A stretch of DNA of 64,000 bases from Candidatus Hydrogenedentota bacterium (GTDB taxonomy: Bacteria > Hydrogenedentota > Hydrogenedentia > Hydrogenedentales > SLHB01). A program made the position numbers and the translations under genes. Positions 1 to 10,179 of this stretch are shown here, piece after piece (positions within the stretch are counted from its first letter, which is position 1; each line of letters begins with the position of its first letter). The stretch is taken from contig CAVUWV010000027.1 in the NCBI GenBank assembly GCA_963745075.1, forward strand, positions 1-64,000, in the 5' to 3' direction. Under the pieces are notes generated by a model, which saw nothing but the letters and a program-made list of their open reading frames with translations, made no database searches and had not been told where the DNA came from.

Positions 1-123
1 AATGTCTATGTTGACCTGGTACGTCTGGTCCTGTCGCTGGATGGAGATACCTACACGGTCGCCTGGGACCCCATCACCGGGGGCGCGCACCTTTCCCAGG
101 GTGGAGGAGATTCCGCCTTATGA
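1..123 (+). CDS. 3' end of probable T2SS minor pseudopilin GspH-like gene (partial)
   Basis: Frame 1 is open from base 1 (NVYVDLVRLVLSLDGDTYTVAWDPITGGAHLSQGGGDSAL*). The stop overlaps the next ATG (ATGA). It lies directly before gspI-J-K. Confidence 0.6.
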   Translation, partial: NVYVDLVRLVLSLDGDTYTVAWDPITGGAHLSQGGGDSAL

Positions 124-578
124 CGCCGCAACGCCGAGACGCCGCAGGGTTCACCCTGATCGAGGTCATGATCGCGATGGCGGTGCTGGGCTCGGCGCTG
201 TTTATCCTGTTGCAAACGCACCACGGCGCCCTACGAAATCACATTGAAATGCGCGACGAAGTGCTGGTCCGGAATCTAACGGCGCTCGCCGTCGGTATCG
301 CCGAAGTGGAAGTGTCCGCGGGCAATCTCTCCGACTCCGATGACTTCGGCGACCGCTACCCGGACTTCAAATACTCGTTTGATGCCCAGCCGGTAGGCGA
401 GGGGTATCCGGCTCTTTACGATGTCCTCGTGACGGTGGAAGGCCCGAACGTGGACCGGGAGATTCATACCTTCATGCTGACCCGCGATCCGCAGGCGTTT
501 CTGGCAGCCGGATTAAATCCCGACGCGGTCGCCGCCGCGGCGCAGCAAATGGGCGGAAAGGCCGGGGTCACGCAATGA
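120..578 (+). CDS. gspI: T2SS minor pseudopilin GspI-like
   Basis: Class III signal G/FTLIEVMIAMAVLG; 152 aa; H-I-J-K-L-M gene order. Confidence 0.8.
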   Translation: MTPQRRDAAGFTLIEVMIAMAVLGSALFILLQTHHGALRNHIEMRDEVLVRNLTALAVGIAEVEVSAGNLSDSDDFGDRYPDFKYSFDAQPVGEGYPALYDVLVTVEGPNVDREIHTFMLTRDPQAFLAAGLNPDAVAAAAQQMGGKAGVTQ

Positions 579-1519
579 ACCGCCATGGTTTCACGCTGAT
601 AGAAGTCTTGATTGCCATCTCCATTCTGGCGGTGATCGTGCTGGTCTTGTACGCCAGTTTCAGCAGCGTCACCAATACCATGGAAAGCGCCCGAGTCAGT
701 GAAGAGGAAATGCGCCTGCGCATGTTCCTGCAACGGAGCTTTCGCTCGAATTTCACGTCCGTCTACACCGACCGCACGATGCAGAACGAAGTGTACCGAT
801 TTGTCGGGATCGACGACGAAACACGGGACGGTCCGAACGACAGCATCCGCTTTGTCTCCGTCAACACGTTGATGGGCGGGCGGGCGCTTCCCGGCGATCT
901 GAAGGAAGTCCGGTACGGTACGATTGGCGGAGACGAATCGGAGTTCAATCCCATCGATTTCAGCGACGACCCCGAATGGCTTCTGGACGACCAGCGCAAG
1001 CTGGAGGCCTTGGAAACGCCGATCTTCGGATCCAACGCGCAAGAACTCGATCCCGATACGGGATTCTTGAAGCCCCCCGAGGAGCAAGACGCCAACTCCA
1101 GTATGAACATCGGCGATCAGCCCGTCTACGAATCCCCGTCGTGGTCGGTCCCGATTCGCACGATCGATTTTTCCTACTACGACGGCACCGAGTGGGTGGA
1201 CGAGTGGGATTCCCAACTGCTGGGCCGGCTTCCGTGGTGTGTCCGGATTCGCATCAATTTTGCGCGGACCGATCGGCAACTCGAAGAAGAGCGACGCGAA
1301 GGGTTGGATATCGAGGAGAACCCCGACTTCGACATGGTCATCCCGCTGCCGTCCGGGATCGGTATGACCCAGGATGCCCGAGCGTTACAAGGGCTGTCCG
1401 GCGCGGCGCAACAAGGGGAAGAGACCGGCGATCCTCACAACCCGAACGACGATCCACCGCCTACGGAATACGCGAAACCTGATGACCTCCCACCCAGCGG
1501 AGGGAAACGCCCCAAATGA
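575..1519 (+). CDS. gspJ: T2SS minor pseudopilin GspJ-like
   Basis: G/FTLIEVLIAISIL signal; C-terminal FSYYDGTEWVDEWDS...LPWCVRI typical of GspJ. Confidence 0.85.
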   Translation: MNRHGFTLIEVLIAISILAVIVLVLYASFSSVTNTMESARVSEEEMRLRMFLQRSFRSNFTSVYTDRTMQNEVYRFVGIDDETRDGPNDSIRFVSVNTLMGGRALPGDLKEVRYGTIGGDESEFNPIDFSDDPEWLLDDQRKLEALETPIFGSNAQELDPDTGFLKPPEEQDANSSMNIGDQPVYESPSWSVPIRTIDFSYYDGTEWVDEWDSQLLGRLPWCVRIRINFARTDRQLEEERREGLDIEENPDFDMVIPLPSGIGMTQDARALQGLSGAAQQGEETGDPHNPNDDPPPTEYAKPDDLPPSGGKRPK

Positions 1520-2607
1520 TGGCCGTACTCCCAACCCGGCGTAACGGGAACGATGAAGGCGTCGCGCTTCTGTTGACCCTGCTGTTTGTCGTGCTGCTTA
1601 CGGCGTTGATCGTGGAGTTCGTGTACGAAACCCAGGTCGAAACCGCCGTGGTCGACGCCAACCTGCGGGATTTCGAGGCGATGACCGCCGCCAAATCCGG
1701 CGTCATGACCGGCATCTCCTTATTGATCGCGGACGCCTTCGCCCTGCCCAGCGATTCCACCGGCAATCAGTCCACCGCGACGACCTTGTCGTCCAATTCC
1801 ACGCAGGCCATTTCCGGCGGGATTGCCTACGACAGCCTGGATGAACCGTGGGCCTATGGCGTTCCCTTTCAAGAACTGAACAACGCGGTGATGGAATGCT
1901 CCATCTCGGACGAGTACGGAAAGCTCAACTTAAACGCGCTTTTCAGCAGGCAATCCGAGTCCGGCGGCGCGAACCCCACCCTCGAGGAGACCCTGCGCGC
2001 CCTGTTTGTGGAGCGCGGCGCCGAGGTCGACGTGACGGACGCAATACTCGATTGGCTGGATCCCGACGACGACCCTCGCCCCATGGGCGCGGAAAACGAC
2101 TATTACCAATCGCTTGAAACGCCGTACACATGCAAGAACGGACCCATGTCATCGGTCGAGGAATTGCTGCTGGTCCGCGGCATGACTCCCGAACTCTATT
2201 TCGGCGATCCCGCGTTGGACCAGCTCCCGCTGTCGGAGTTGTTCACCGTGCAGGGGGACGATCGGGGCCGTGTCAACCTCAATACCGCGCCCTATGAGCT
2301 GCTCCTCGCCATGGGAGAGGCGATCGGCATGCCCGGCTTGGCCGACATCGCCGTTCAGGAGCGCGAACTGAGTCCTTTCGTCAGCGTGGAAGATATCCAG
2401 AGCCGGGGCGTGGTTCCGGCGACCGCCGATAACGAAAACGGGGAAACGCGGCAAGTGCAGCCATTTGTCGTGCAAAGTAACGTGTTTCGCCTTCGGGGCA
2501 ACGGATTGGCCGGCGAAGGGCGGGTGCGTATCGAGGCCTTCCTTTGGCGCGACGTCCAGCTCGGTCCCGAAGGGTTCCGCATACTGCAATGGAGAGAATT
2601 ACGATGA
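1516..2607 (+). CDS. gspK: T2SS minor pseudopilin GspK
   Basis: G/VALLLTLLFV signal lacking E5; motifs DEYGKLNLN, ILDWLDPD, GAENDYY, KNGPMSSVEELLLVRG and VNLNTA. Confidence 0.9.
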   Translation: MMAVLPTRRNGNDEGVALLLTLLFVVLLTALIVEFVYETQVETAVVDANLRDFEAMTAAKSGVMTGISLLIADAFALPSDSTGNQSTATTLSSNSTQAISGGIAYDSLDEPWAYGVPFQELNNAVMECSISDEYGKLNLNALFSRQSESGGANPTLEETLRALFVERGAEVDVTDAILDWLDPDDDPRPMGAENDYYQSLETPYTCKNGPMSSVEELLLVRGMTPELYFGDPALDQLPLSELFTVQGDDRGRVNLNTAPYELLLAMGEAIGMPGLADIAVQERELSPFVSVEDIQSRGVVPATADNENGETRQVQPFVVQSNVFRLRGNGLAGEGRVRIEAFLWRDVQLGPEGFRILQWRELR

Positions 2608-4169
2608 AGCTTTCGGCGAAGATCGCCGCGATCGAGATGGATGGTGACGAGGTCCGCATCGCGGTGGTGAAAACCGGCGGTCGCAAACCGGCGATCGTGG
2701 AGACGGTCATCGAGCGCGCCAAAGACACCACGCCAGACGAACGGCGGAATTCGATGGTGCAGGCGATTCGGGACGCCAACGGCCGTCTCAAATCCAAACC
2801 CAACGTGTACGTGCTCTGTGTCGGATGCCAATACAGCATGGTCCGGGCCCTGACCATCCCCTTTCGGGGGAGCCGCAGGGTGGCTGCGGCCGTGGCGTTT
2901 GAACTCGAGCCCTACCTGGCCGTGCCCATCGATGACCTCATCGTCGATCACTGCACGATCCGCGAGGTGGAAGGCGATACCGAGGTGCTTGCCGTCGGCG
3001 TGCGCACCGAACTGCTGGAAGAGCAGGCCGGATTGCTCGGAGAGGCCGGGATCAATGTCGAGGGCATTACGCTCGACGTGGCCGGGCTGACGTCGCTCTG
3101 GATGGCCCGCCGCAAGAAAGTGGCCGGACTCCACGGCATCCTTCACGTTCGCGAAAGCGCGAGCATATTGACCATCACTTTCAACCGCTCCATCGCGTTC
3201 TTTCGCCCCTTGTCGATTCCCGCGAACCGGTTGCGCGAAGAACCCCAGGCCGCCTCGCGCGAAGTGCGGAATTCGCTACGCGCGTTCATGGCCACATGGC
3301 GCGGCGAGGAAACCATCGCCGAGATTACCGTCACAGGCGTCGATCTCAACCCCGCAGAACGAGACGCCTTCGAGGAGGGTCTCCAAGCCGAAATCGCTTA
3401 TGAAAACCTCGCCGACGGCATCAAGGGGACCGGCCATCTCGCAACGCCGGAAGCGGCGCCCGGGGGAGAATCGGCAGGTGAGGCGTTCCCGGATGCAACT
3501 CCCGTCAACCTGAAAGAGCGGCCGAACTATTGGGAGGCCACCGTCGGCGCCGCACTCTCCGCCGCCGGAGGGGGCGTGAACTTCGAGTTTCGCAAAGGCG
3601 CCCTGGCGCCCGCCGGCGCCATGCGCAGCATGGCGTTGCACGCCGTATTTTCGGCCGCCTTATTGGTGCTCGTGGTGGTCTTCTTCGGGGTCTACTGCAT
3701 GGTGGACTATCGGCGCAACGTGGCGGAGATTGAACGGTGTGGCGATGAAATATGGCGCATCTATGCAGAGACTTTTCCCGATTCGGAAATTGTGAAGAAC
3801 GGCCGGCTTCCAACGGACGTGGGCGGCATCCAAAGTATTCAGGCTATGGAAGACGCGTATAAGATTGCGACAACCCGGGGAACCCATATTCCCGTAGAAC
3901 TACTCACCCGGCCGAACTTCCTCGATATTCTCAAGGAGATCAGCCAGAGACTTCCCGGCGATACAATAGAAGTGACCGACATCAACATCCGCGATAACCG
4001 GGGTGACACGCAGACCGTCACCATTCAAGGCGAAGTGGACGACGGCGCCGCTTTGAACAAAGCGTTTGATGACCTCAAACAGTCCAAATTGTTGCAGGTA
4101 AGCAACGATCTGATTCGGCAAACGAAACCCAACGGCAAGACGACGTTTACCATTACGGCCACCATCTGA
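2604..4169 (+). CDS. gspL: T2SS assembly platform protein GspL (actin-like PilM domain, TM, PilN-like periplasmic domain)
   Basis: ATG 2604 overlaps the gspK stop; AVAFELEPYLAVPIDDLIVDH motif; single TM near residue 350; ferredoxin-like C-terminus. Confidence 0.8.
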   Translation: MKLSAKIAAIEMDGDEVRIAVVKTGGRKPAIVETVIERAKDTTPDERRNSMVQAIRDANGRLKSKPNVYVLCVGCQYSMVRALTIPFRGSRRVAAAVAFELEPYLAVPIDDLIVDHCTIREVEGDTEVLAVGVRTELLEEQAGLLGEAGINVEGITLDVAGLTSLWMARRKKVAGLHGILHVRESASILTITFNRSIAFFRPLSIPANRLREEPQAASREVRNSLRAFMATWRGEETIAEITVTGVDLNPAERDAFEEGLQAEIAYENLADGIKGTGHLATPEAAPGGESAGEAFPDATPVNLKERPNYWEATVGAALSAAGGGVNFEFRKGALAPAGAMRSMALHAVFSAALLVLVVVFFGVYCMVDYRRNVAEIERCGDEIWRIYAETFPDSEIVKNGRLPTDVGGIQSIQAMEDAYKIATTRGTHIPVELLTRPNFLDILKEISQRLPGDTIEVTDINIRDNRGDTQTVTIQGEVDDGAALNKAFDDLKQSKLLQVSNDLIRQTKPNGKTTFTITATI

Positions 4170-4202
4170 GGAGCAGGCCCGCGATAGAGAGGATATGAAT
4201 TC

Positions 4203-4724
4203 GTGCCAAATGTAAAGCTGCAACCCCGCGAGCGGATAGTCGTTTTCGGCGGCGCAATCGCGCTCCTGGCGATCGTCTTCTACTGGGGCTTTCAGGGACC
4301 CTACGAAACCTACAAGAACTCCGCGGCGCAGGTGAAAGCCGCTCGGGTCCGGCTCCAGCAAGCCGAACTGTGGCAAGCCGAGGTCAATGCTGCCCGGGAC
4401 AAAGAAGCCCAACTGCTCAGAATCATGCAGACGCAGACCAGTAATTTCGACCTGTGGACGCACATCGATCGGGCCGTGAAGGACAGCAATCTGACCGGCC
4501 GTGCCGAAGTCAACAGCAACCGGACTGGCGCGGTACCGGGGAGCAACATGTCCGCCGTCGATTTGACACTGAAAGGTGTATCGACCAGCGAATTGGTTGA
4601 CTTGCTGCACCGGATCTACGAGAACCAGCCCTTCGTCGTTCTGGCCCGTCTTGACCAGTTGCGCCCTGCCGCAAGCGGGCAAGGGCTGGATTGTCGCATG
4701 CAATTTGTAGCGCCAAAAGCCTGA
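4203..4724 (+). CDS. gspM: T2SS GspM-like protein
   Basis: LQPRER followed by a TM, then coiled coil and 'VDLTLKGVSTSELVDLLHRI'. The best RBS/ATG (4195) is one base out of frame, so a T may be missing. Confidence 0.8.
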   Translation: MPNVKLQPRERIVVFGGAIALLAIVFYWGFQGPYETYKNSAAQVKAARVRLQQAELWQAEVNAARDKEAQLLRIMQTQTSNFDLWTHIDRAVKDSNLTGRAEVNSNRTGAVPGSNMSAVDLTLKGVSTSELVDLLHRIYENQPFVVLARLDQLRPAASGQGLDCRMQFVAPKA

Positions 4725-5184
4725 CACGCCGTATCTACCCAACGCGCTCTCGTGTAAGTCGCCATGAATATATGCCTTACACGCAGGGTGTGACGTTGGG
4801 GCTGCCCTCGTTACGCGCGTCCATCCTCGTGACGTTTTCCACTCTCCGGTTCCTGTGTAGAATCCCGATAAACTTGACTTTCCGGCGTATGTACGGGACA
4901 ATGCATGCACGTACGGGTGCCGGTCACGAGGGCGATTGTGGGATCGGCGTGAGGGTGCGGTTCTTCTGTGGGTGAAGATCTGGTTGCTTTTGTGCCGGTT
5001 CGGCACAACCGATGGGGATTCCATACGTGCATTTTGGAGCCAATCGCAGCAAGAATCCGGTGATCCTGCGTGCGCTATCCTCACCTCTGGACGGGCGTTT
5101 TCCGGAGCCCGCGTCCATTCTTGACAATCGCGGGCGGTTTTTTCTGGTAATTTATTGACAAATATGGTCGTAAGTTGAATTATA

Positions 5185-5239
5185 TCAATGAAATGTAGCA
5201 CTATTTTCATTGACTTTATTGGGGATTCTCTGGTACAGT
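5185..5239 (+). promoter_or_regulatory. sigma70-type promoter with overlapping 9-bp inverted repeat (candidate operator) upstream of pilB
   Basis: TTGACT(5210-5215)-18 bp-TACAGT(5234-5239) with extended TG; inverted repeat TCAATGAAA-N11-TTTCATTGA (5185-5213); locally AT-rich. Confidence 0.55.
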
Positions 5240-5268
5240 GTAGACGCTCAAGACAAGGGTGAAGGACC

Positions 5269-7137
5269 GTGGCACAACTAACTACCAATATGGGTGGAAG
5301 GCCTCCTGGCGCAGGCGGGTACAGCCTGTTCGGGCAAACTCTGGTCGAACGGGGAATCATTACCCAGAAGCAACTCGATGAGGCGATTCATCGCCAGCAA
5401 ACTTCGCTGGGAACGCGCAAGCTGGGCGAGATACTCGTCCGCTTGGGATACATCAGCAAGAGCCACATCTCCGAGGGCCTCGCGGAGCAACTTGGAATTC
5501 CGATCATTCGGTTGTCGGACCGCGAAATCCCCGAACGCATTCGAAACATGATCGAGCCGTCGGTGGCGACCCTGTACCGGGTGGTTCCCATCGGCGAAGA
5601 GGGCTCGGCCCTTATGGTTGCGACGGCCGACCCCACAAATGTTACCCACCTCGACAATTTGGAGCGGCTGCTCGACCGTCAGATCGTACCCCAACTGACG
5701 ACCCCCGAAGAAATCCGCGAGGCGCTTCGCAAGTACTACAACATGGAAGACAAGACGGTCGCAAGCATGCTGTCGACCGTAAGCAGCGCCAGCACCATGA
5801 GCACGCTGAGCACCATGTCCAACGTAAGCTCCATGGGTTCCTCCATGAGCAGCTTGGGCAGCAGCATGTCGGCCAGCGATATCAGCCTGAGCAGCATCAG
5901 TGTCGACAGTGTGGACATGGATTCCGATCTTGGCGGCGCGCTGGGTGACGACGACGACGACGCAGACAGCCCGGTGGTTCGTTACATCAACCACCTCATT
6001 CTCGAAGCCTTCCGGTTGCGCGCGAGTGATATTCACGTGGAGCCGGGCAAGTTCGACGTGAAGATTCGCTACCGGATCGACGGTATCCTGCATATGATGC
6101 CGCCGCCTCCGAAGCGGGCGCAGCCGTCCATCATATCGCGCCTGAAGATCATGTCCGGTATGGACATCTCCGAACGGCGGATTCCGCAGGACGGCCGTAT
6201 CAAGCTCCAGTTGGCGGGTAAGATGGTGGACTTGCGTGTCAGTGCGCTTCCCGCCAGCTATGGCGAAAGCGTGGTCATGCGTATCCTGGACAAGAGCGGG
6301 CTGCTCTTGGGGTTGGGGCAATTGGGATTTGCGCCCGAGGATCAGCGGCGTTGGGAAGAACTGCTGGGCCAAGCCACGGGCGTGGTGTTGGTGACCGGCC
6401 CCACCGGTTCCGGTAAGACAACCACGTTGTACGCCTCCCTGCACCAGTTGAATCAGCCCGATACCAAGTTAATCACCGTGGAAGATCCCGTCGAGTACCA
6501 GTTGAACGGAATCAACCAGGTGCAGATTCACCACGACATCGGCTGGAACTTTTCCCGGGCATTGCGCGCCATTTTCCGCCAGGACCCGGACATCGTGATG
6601 GTCGGTGAGATTCGTGACCAGGAAACCGCCGAAATCGCGATCAAAGCGGCGTTGACCGGTCACCTGGTGTTTTCCACACTCCACACGAATGACGCGCCCA
6701 GCGCGTTCATTCGTCTGATCGACATCGGGATTCGCCCGTTCCTGGTGGCATCGGGTGTGCGCGCCGTACTGGCGCAGCGCCTCGTGCGGACGATCTGCTC
6801 CACGTGCAAAGAGGTGCACCAGCCCACCGAGCTTGAAATGGAACGGCTCGCACTGGACGTCGACTGGAGCAAATCAGAAGTCTTCCACGGCGCGGGCTGC
6901 GACAACTGCAATCACACCGGGTATTCCGGACGTATCGGCGTGTACGAGCTTATGCTGACGACCGACGAAATCCGGAACTACATCATGGAAAGCACGGCCT
7001 CCGGCGCGTTGCGGCGTACCGCGCGGAGGTGCGGCATGACCACCATGCGGCAAGACGGCTGGAAAAAGGTCCTTAACGGTGTGACGAGTGTGGAAGAAGT
7101 CATTCGAGTAACCCAGGCCGACGAACCGCTCAAGTAA
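5269..7137 (+). CDS. pilB: Type IV pilus extension ATPase PilB/GspE family, copy 1 (MshEN N-terminal domain)
   Basis: Walker A GPTGSGKTTT, ITVEDPVE, RQDPDIVMVGEIRD, TGHLVFSTLHTN and CxxC...CxxC zinc site. Confidence 0.95.
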   Translation: MAQLTTNMGGRPPGAGGYSLFGQTLVERGIITQKQLDEAIHRQQTSLGTRKLGEILVRLGYISKSHISEGLAEQLGIPIIRLSDREIPERIRNMIEPSVATLYRVVPIGEEGSALMVATADPTNVTHLDNLERLLDRQIVPQLTTPEEIREALRKYYNMEDKTVASMLSTVSSASTMSTLSTMSNVSSMGSSMSSLGSSMSASDISLSSISVDSVDMDSDLGGALGDDDDDADSPVVRYINHLILEAFRLRASDIHVEPGKFDVKIRYRIDGILHMMPPPPKRAQPSIISRLKIMSGMDISERRIPQDGRIKLQLAGKMVDLRVSALPASYGESVVMRILDKSGLLLGLGQLGFAPEDQRRWEELLGQATGVVLVTGPTGSGKTTTLYASLHQLNQPDTKLITVEDPVEYQLNGINQVQIHHDIGWNFSRALRAIFRQDPDIVMVGEIRDQETAEIAIKAALTGHLVFSTLHTNDAPSAFIRLIDIGIRPFLVASGVRAVLAQRLVRTICSTCKEVHQPTELEMERLALDVDWSKSEVFHGAGCDNCNHTGYSGRIGVYELMLTTDEIRNYIMESTASGALRRTARRCGMTTMRQDGWKKVLNGVTSVEEVIRVTQADEPLK

Positions 7138-7196
7138 GGGCGGCGCGGGCTCGCGAAAGGCGTGTTTCCGGCAAAGAGTATCGAAGGAGAAGTGCG

Positions 7197-8324
7197 ATGG
7201 CGTATGAGATGGTCAGCTTGCTGCGGATGCTGATTGACCGCGACGGTTCTGACTTGCATCTTGCCGTGGATAATCCGCCAGTAGGGCGCGTTCACGGCCA
7301 TCTTCAGTATTTCGGGGAAAACCCCCTGACGTCGGACGATACCGAACGCTTGATGAAAAGCATCGCGTCCGTCGACAACCAGCAGGAGTTGCAGGAAGTC
7401 GGGGGATCGGACTTCGGGTTTGCCTTCGAAGACATCGCACGCTTTCGTGTATCCATCTTCAAGCAAAAGGGCTACGTGGGGCTCGTCCTTCGCTTGATTC
7501 CGCGCAAGATTATGACCTTCGAAGAGATTGGCCTGCCTCAGAGCCTTAAGGCGGTAATCAATCAGCCGCGCGGCTTGATTCTGGTCACCGGCCCGACCGG
7601 TTCCGGTAAGAGCACGAGTCTGGCCACGATGATCGATTGGCTCAATACCGAATACGATCATCATTTCATCACGATCGAGGACCCCATCGAGTATTACCAC
7701 ACCCACAAGCGGGGCGTGGTTACGCAGCGCGAGGTCGGCGTCGACGTGCCCACCTTTTCCGAGGCCTTGCGGCGCGCATTGCGTCAGGACCCGGACGTGA
7801 TTCTGGTTGGAGAAATGCGCGACCTCGACACCATCGGGGCCGCCGTGACCGCCGCCGAGACCGGTCACTTGGTGTTCGGCACCTTGCATACCACCGGCGC
7901 GGTCCGCACCATCGACCGTCTGGTCGACGCCTTTCCCACCAACCAGCAGGAGCAGATCCGGACGCAGCTCGCCGGTAACCTGAAGTCGATTATCTCGCAG
8001 ACCCTGGTTCCGCGAAAGAGCGGTTTCGGCCGGGTGGCGGCGTTCGAGGTGATGATCACCACGCCTGCCATTCAAAACCTGATTCGTGAGAACAAGTCGT
8101 TCCGCATCACGTCCGCCATTCAGACCGGACACAAGTACGGCATGAACCTGCTGGACGAGCATCTCCTGGCGCTGTTGCGGAAAGGCATCATCAAATACGA
8201 AGACGCCCTCGTGAGAGCGCAGCAACCGGACGAATTCGAGACCAACGCACGGGCGGTGACGGCCGAAGGCGAGGTGCCGGCAGCCAAAACGCAGCCACGT
8301 CGAGGCGAAGGCATAAAGGTATAG
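7197..8324 (+). CDS. pilT: Type IV pilus retraction ATPase PilT
   Basis: SDLHL, GPTGSGKSTSLA, TIEDPIEY, QREVGVD, ALRQDPDVILVGEMRD and AIQNLIRE (AIRNLIRE) motifs. Confidence 0.95.
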   Translation: MAYEMVSLLRMLIDRDGSDLHLAVDNPPVGRVHGHLQYFGENPLTSDDTERLMKSIASVDNQQELQEVGGSDFGFAFEDIARFRVSIFKQKGYVGLVLRLIPRKIMTFEEIGLPQSLKAVINQPRGLILVTGPTGSGKSTSLATMIDWLNTEYDHHFITIEDPIEYYHTHKRGVVTQREVGVDVPTFSEALRRALRQDPDVILVGEMRDLDTIGAAVTAAETGHLVFGTLHTTGAVRTIDRLVDAFPTNQQEQIRTQLAGNLKSIISQTLVPRKSGFGRVAAFEVMITTPAIQNLIRENKSFRITSAIQTGHKYGMNLLDEHLLALLRKGIIKYEDALVRAQQPDEFETNARAVTAEGEVPAAKTQPRRGEGIKV

Positions 8325-8337
8325 AGGTGCAGCCATC

Positions 8338-10083
8338 ATGGCCGTAATCCAAGATAGACAACTCGGCGATATCCTCGTAGAGCAAGGCGTCATCAGCCCG
8401 CTCGAGTTGGACGAGGCGTTGCAGCGGCAGCGGCTGACCGGCGATATGCTCGGGCGCGTACTCTTCAAGATGAACCTGTGCGAAGAGCAGGACATCATCG
8501 ACGCACTCGGCATACAGGCCGGTATGGAGCGCGTCGACATCACCAAGCTTAAGGTGCCGGACGAAATCCTGCGGAAAGTGCCCGCCGACGTTGCGAAATT
8601 CTACAACGTGGTTCCCGTGCGCGAAACCGAGGGCAAACTGGTCATCGCCATGGCGGACCCCCTGAACCTGGGGATTCGCGATACCATCCAGCAGATCGTC
8701 GGTCAGGAGGTGAAGGGCGCCATCAGCAATCCGCAAGACGTGGCGGCCTTCATCAAGAATAATTACACCTTCGAAACCGACAACATCCACGAGACCTTGA
8801 ACGCACTGATCGAACGCGTGGGTGACGCGGAACTTACGGCGGAGGAACTGGGGCAGCAGGAGATCGTCGGCGACATCGACAACCTCGTACAGTTGGCCCA
8901 GGAGCCGGAAGTCATCAAGATCGTCAATCTCGTCCTCCTTGATGCCGTCACCAAACGGGCTTCGGATATTCACTTCGAAGTGTACGAAGAGGACTTTCGC
9001 ATCCGAATCCGCATCGACGGCGTGCTTCACGAGATCTCCAGCCCGCCCAAGACCTTGGCGCTCGCGCTGATATCCCGTGTAAAAGTCATGTGCAACATGG
9101 ACATCGGCGAACGCCGGCTGCCGCAGGACGCGCGTATCGAACTCAAGATCGGCGATGCCGAAGTTGATATTCGTGTGGCGACCCTGCCGACCTTGTACGG
9201 CGAAAATGTCGTCATGCGTATTCTGGACAGGACGGCGGTACGTGTGGAGATTGACAAGCTCGGGTTTACGCCTCAAGCCGCAAAAGCGATCCGCAACGTC
9301 ATCAGTAAGCCCAACGGTATCTTCCTCGTGACGGGACCCACCGGTTCCGGTAAGACGACCACCCTTTACGCCTGCCTGAACGAGCTGAACGAAGTCGGCG
9401 TCAAAATTATTACTACCGAGGACCCGGTCGAGCTTCAGATCGATCGGATCATTCAGGTTCAGGTGCGCGAGGAAGTCGGGCTGACCTTCGCCGCGTGCCT
9501 GCGCTCTATTCTGCGCCAGGACCCGGACATCGTGATGGTCGGTGAAATTCGTGACTTGGAGACGGCGCAGATCGCCGTGGAAGCATCCCTCACCGGTCAC
9601 CTGGTTCTGAGCACCATCCATACCAACAGCGCGCCCGAAACCATCACCCGTCTCCTGGATATGGACCTCGAGCCTTTCCTGATTACGTCGTCGTTGGAAG
9701 CCGTATTGGCGCAGCGTTTGGTTCGTACGGTGTGCAGGCATTGCCGCAAACCCTACCGCCCCGACGAAAAGGAAATGGACCTGCTCGGGCTCCCGCCGGC
9801 GTGGCGCAAAGATCCCAACCTCAAGTTTTACAAGCCGGAAGGTTGTCCGGCGTGCGACTACATCGGCTACATGGGCCGTGTGGGTTTGTTCGAGTTGCTG
9901 GTAGTGGACGAGCGGGTCTGCGAAATGATCCAGGACCGCGCGATGGCGCACGTTATCCGCCGCTACGCCCGCAACACGCTCGGCATGAAAACGTTGCGCG
10001 AAGAAGGAATCATCAAGTGCGCGCAGGGCGTCACCACGGTCGAGGAAGTCTTGGCCCACACCGACAAGTTCGAGGACGATTAA
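8338..10083 (+). CDS. pilB: Type IV pilus extension ATPase PilB/GspE family, copy 2 (MshEN N-terminal domain)
   Basis: RQLGDILVEQG N-terminus, Walker A/B, Asp/His boxes and zinc-binding Cys pairs. Confidence 0.95.
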   Translation: MAVIQDRQLGDILVEQGVISPLELDEALQRQRLTGDMLGRVLFKMNLCEEQDIIDALGIQAGMERVDITKLKVPDEILRKVPADVAKFYNVVPVRETEGKLVIAMADPLNLGIRDTIQQIVGQEVKGAISNPQDVAAFIKNNYTFETDNIHETLNALIERVGDAELTAEELGQQEIVGDIDNLVQLAQEPEVIKIVNLVLLDAVTKRASDIHFEVYEEDFRIRIRIDGVLHEISSPPKTLALALISRVKVMCNMDIGERRLPQDARIELKIGDAEVDIRVATLPTLYGENVVMRILDRTAVRVEIDKLGFTPQAAKAIRNVISKPNGIFLVTGPTGSGKTTTLYACLNELNEVGVKIITTEDPVELQIDRIIQVQVREEVGLTFAACLRSILRQDPDIVMVGEIRDLETAQIAVEASLTGHLVLSTIHTNSAPETITRLLDMDLEPFLITSSLEAVLAQRLVRTVCRHCRKPYRPDEKEMDLLGLPPAWRKDPNLKFYKPEGCPACDYIGYMGRVGLFELLVVDERVCEMIQDRAMAHVIRRYARNTLGMKTLREEGIIKCAQGVTTVEEVLAHTDKFEDD

Positions 10084-10179
10084 CCCCGCGACCGGCGGGT
10101 TGCGACGCCGAGTCCGGGTTGGAAACGTGGGGAACGCGTGCCCGTCACGCGGCGCAGTAGGAACGTAGGAGATTGAACG

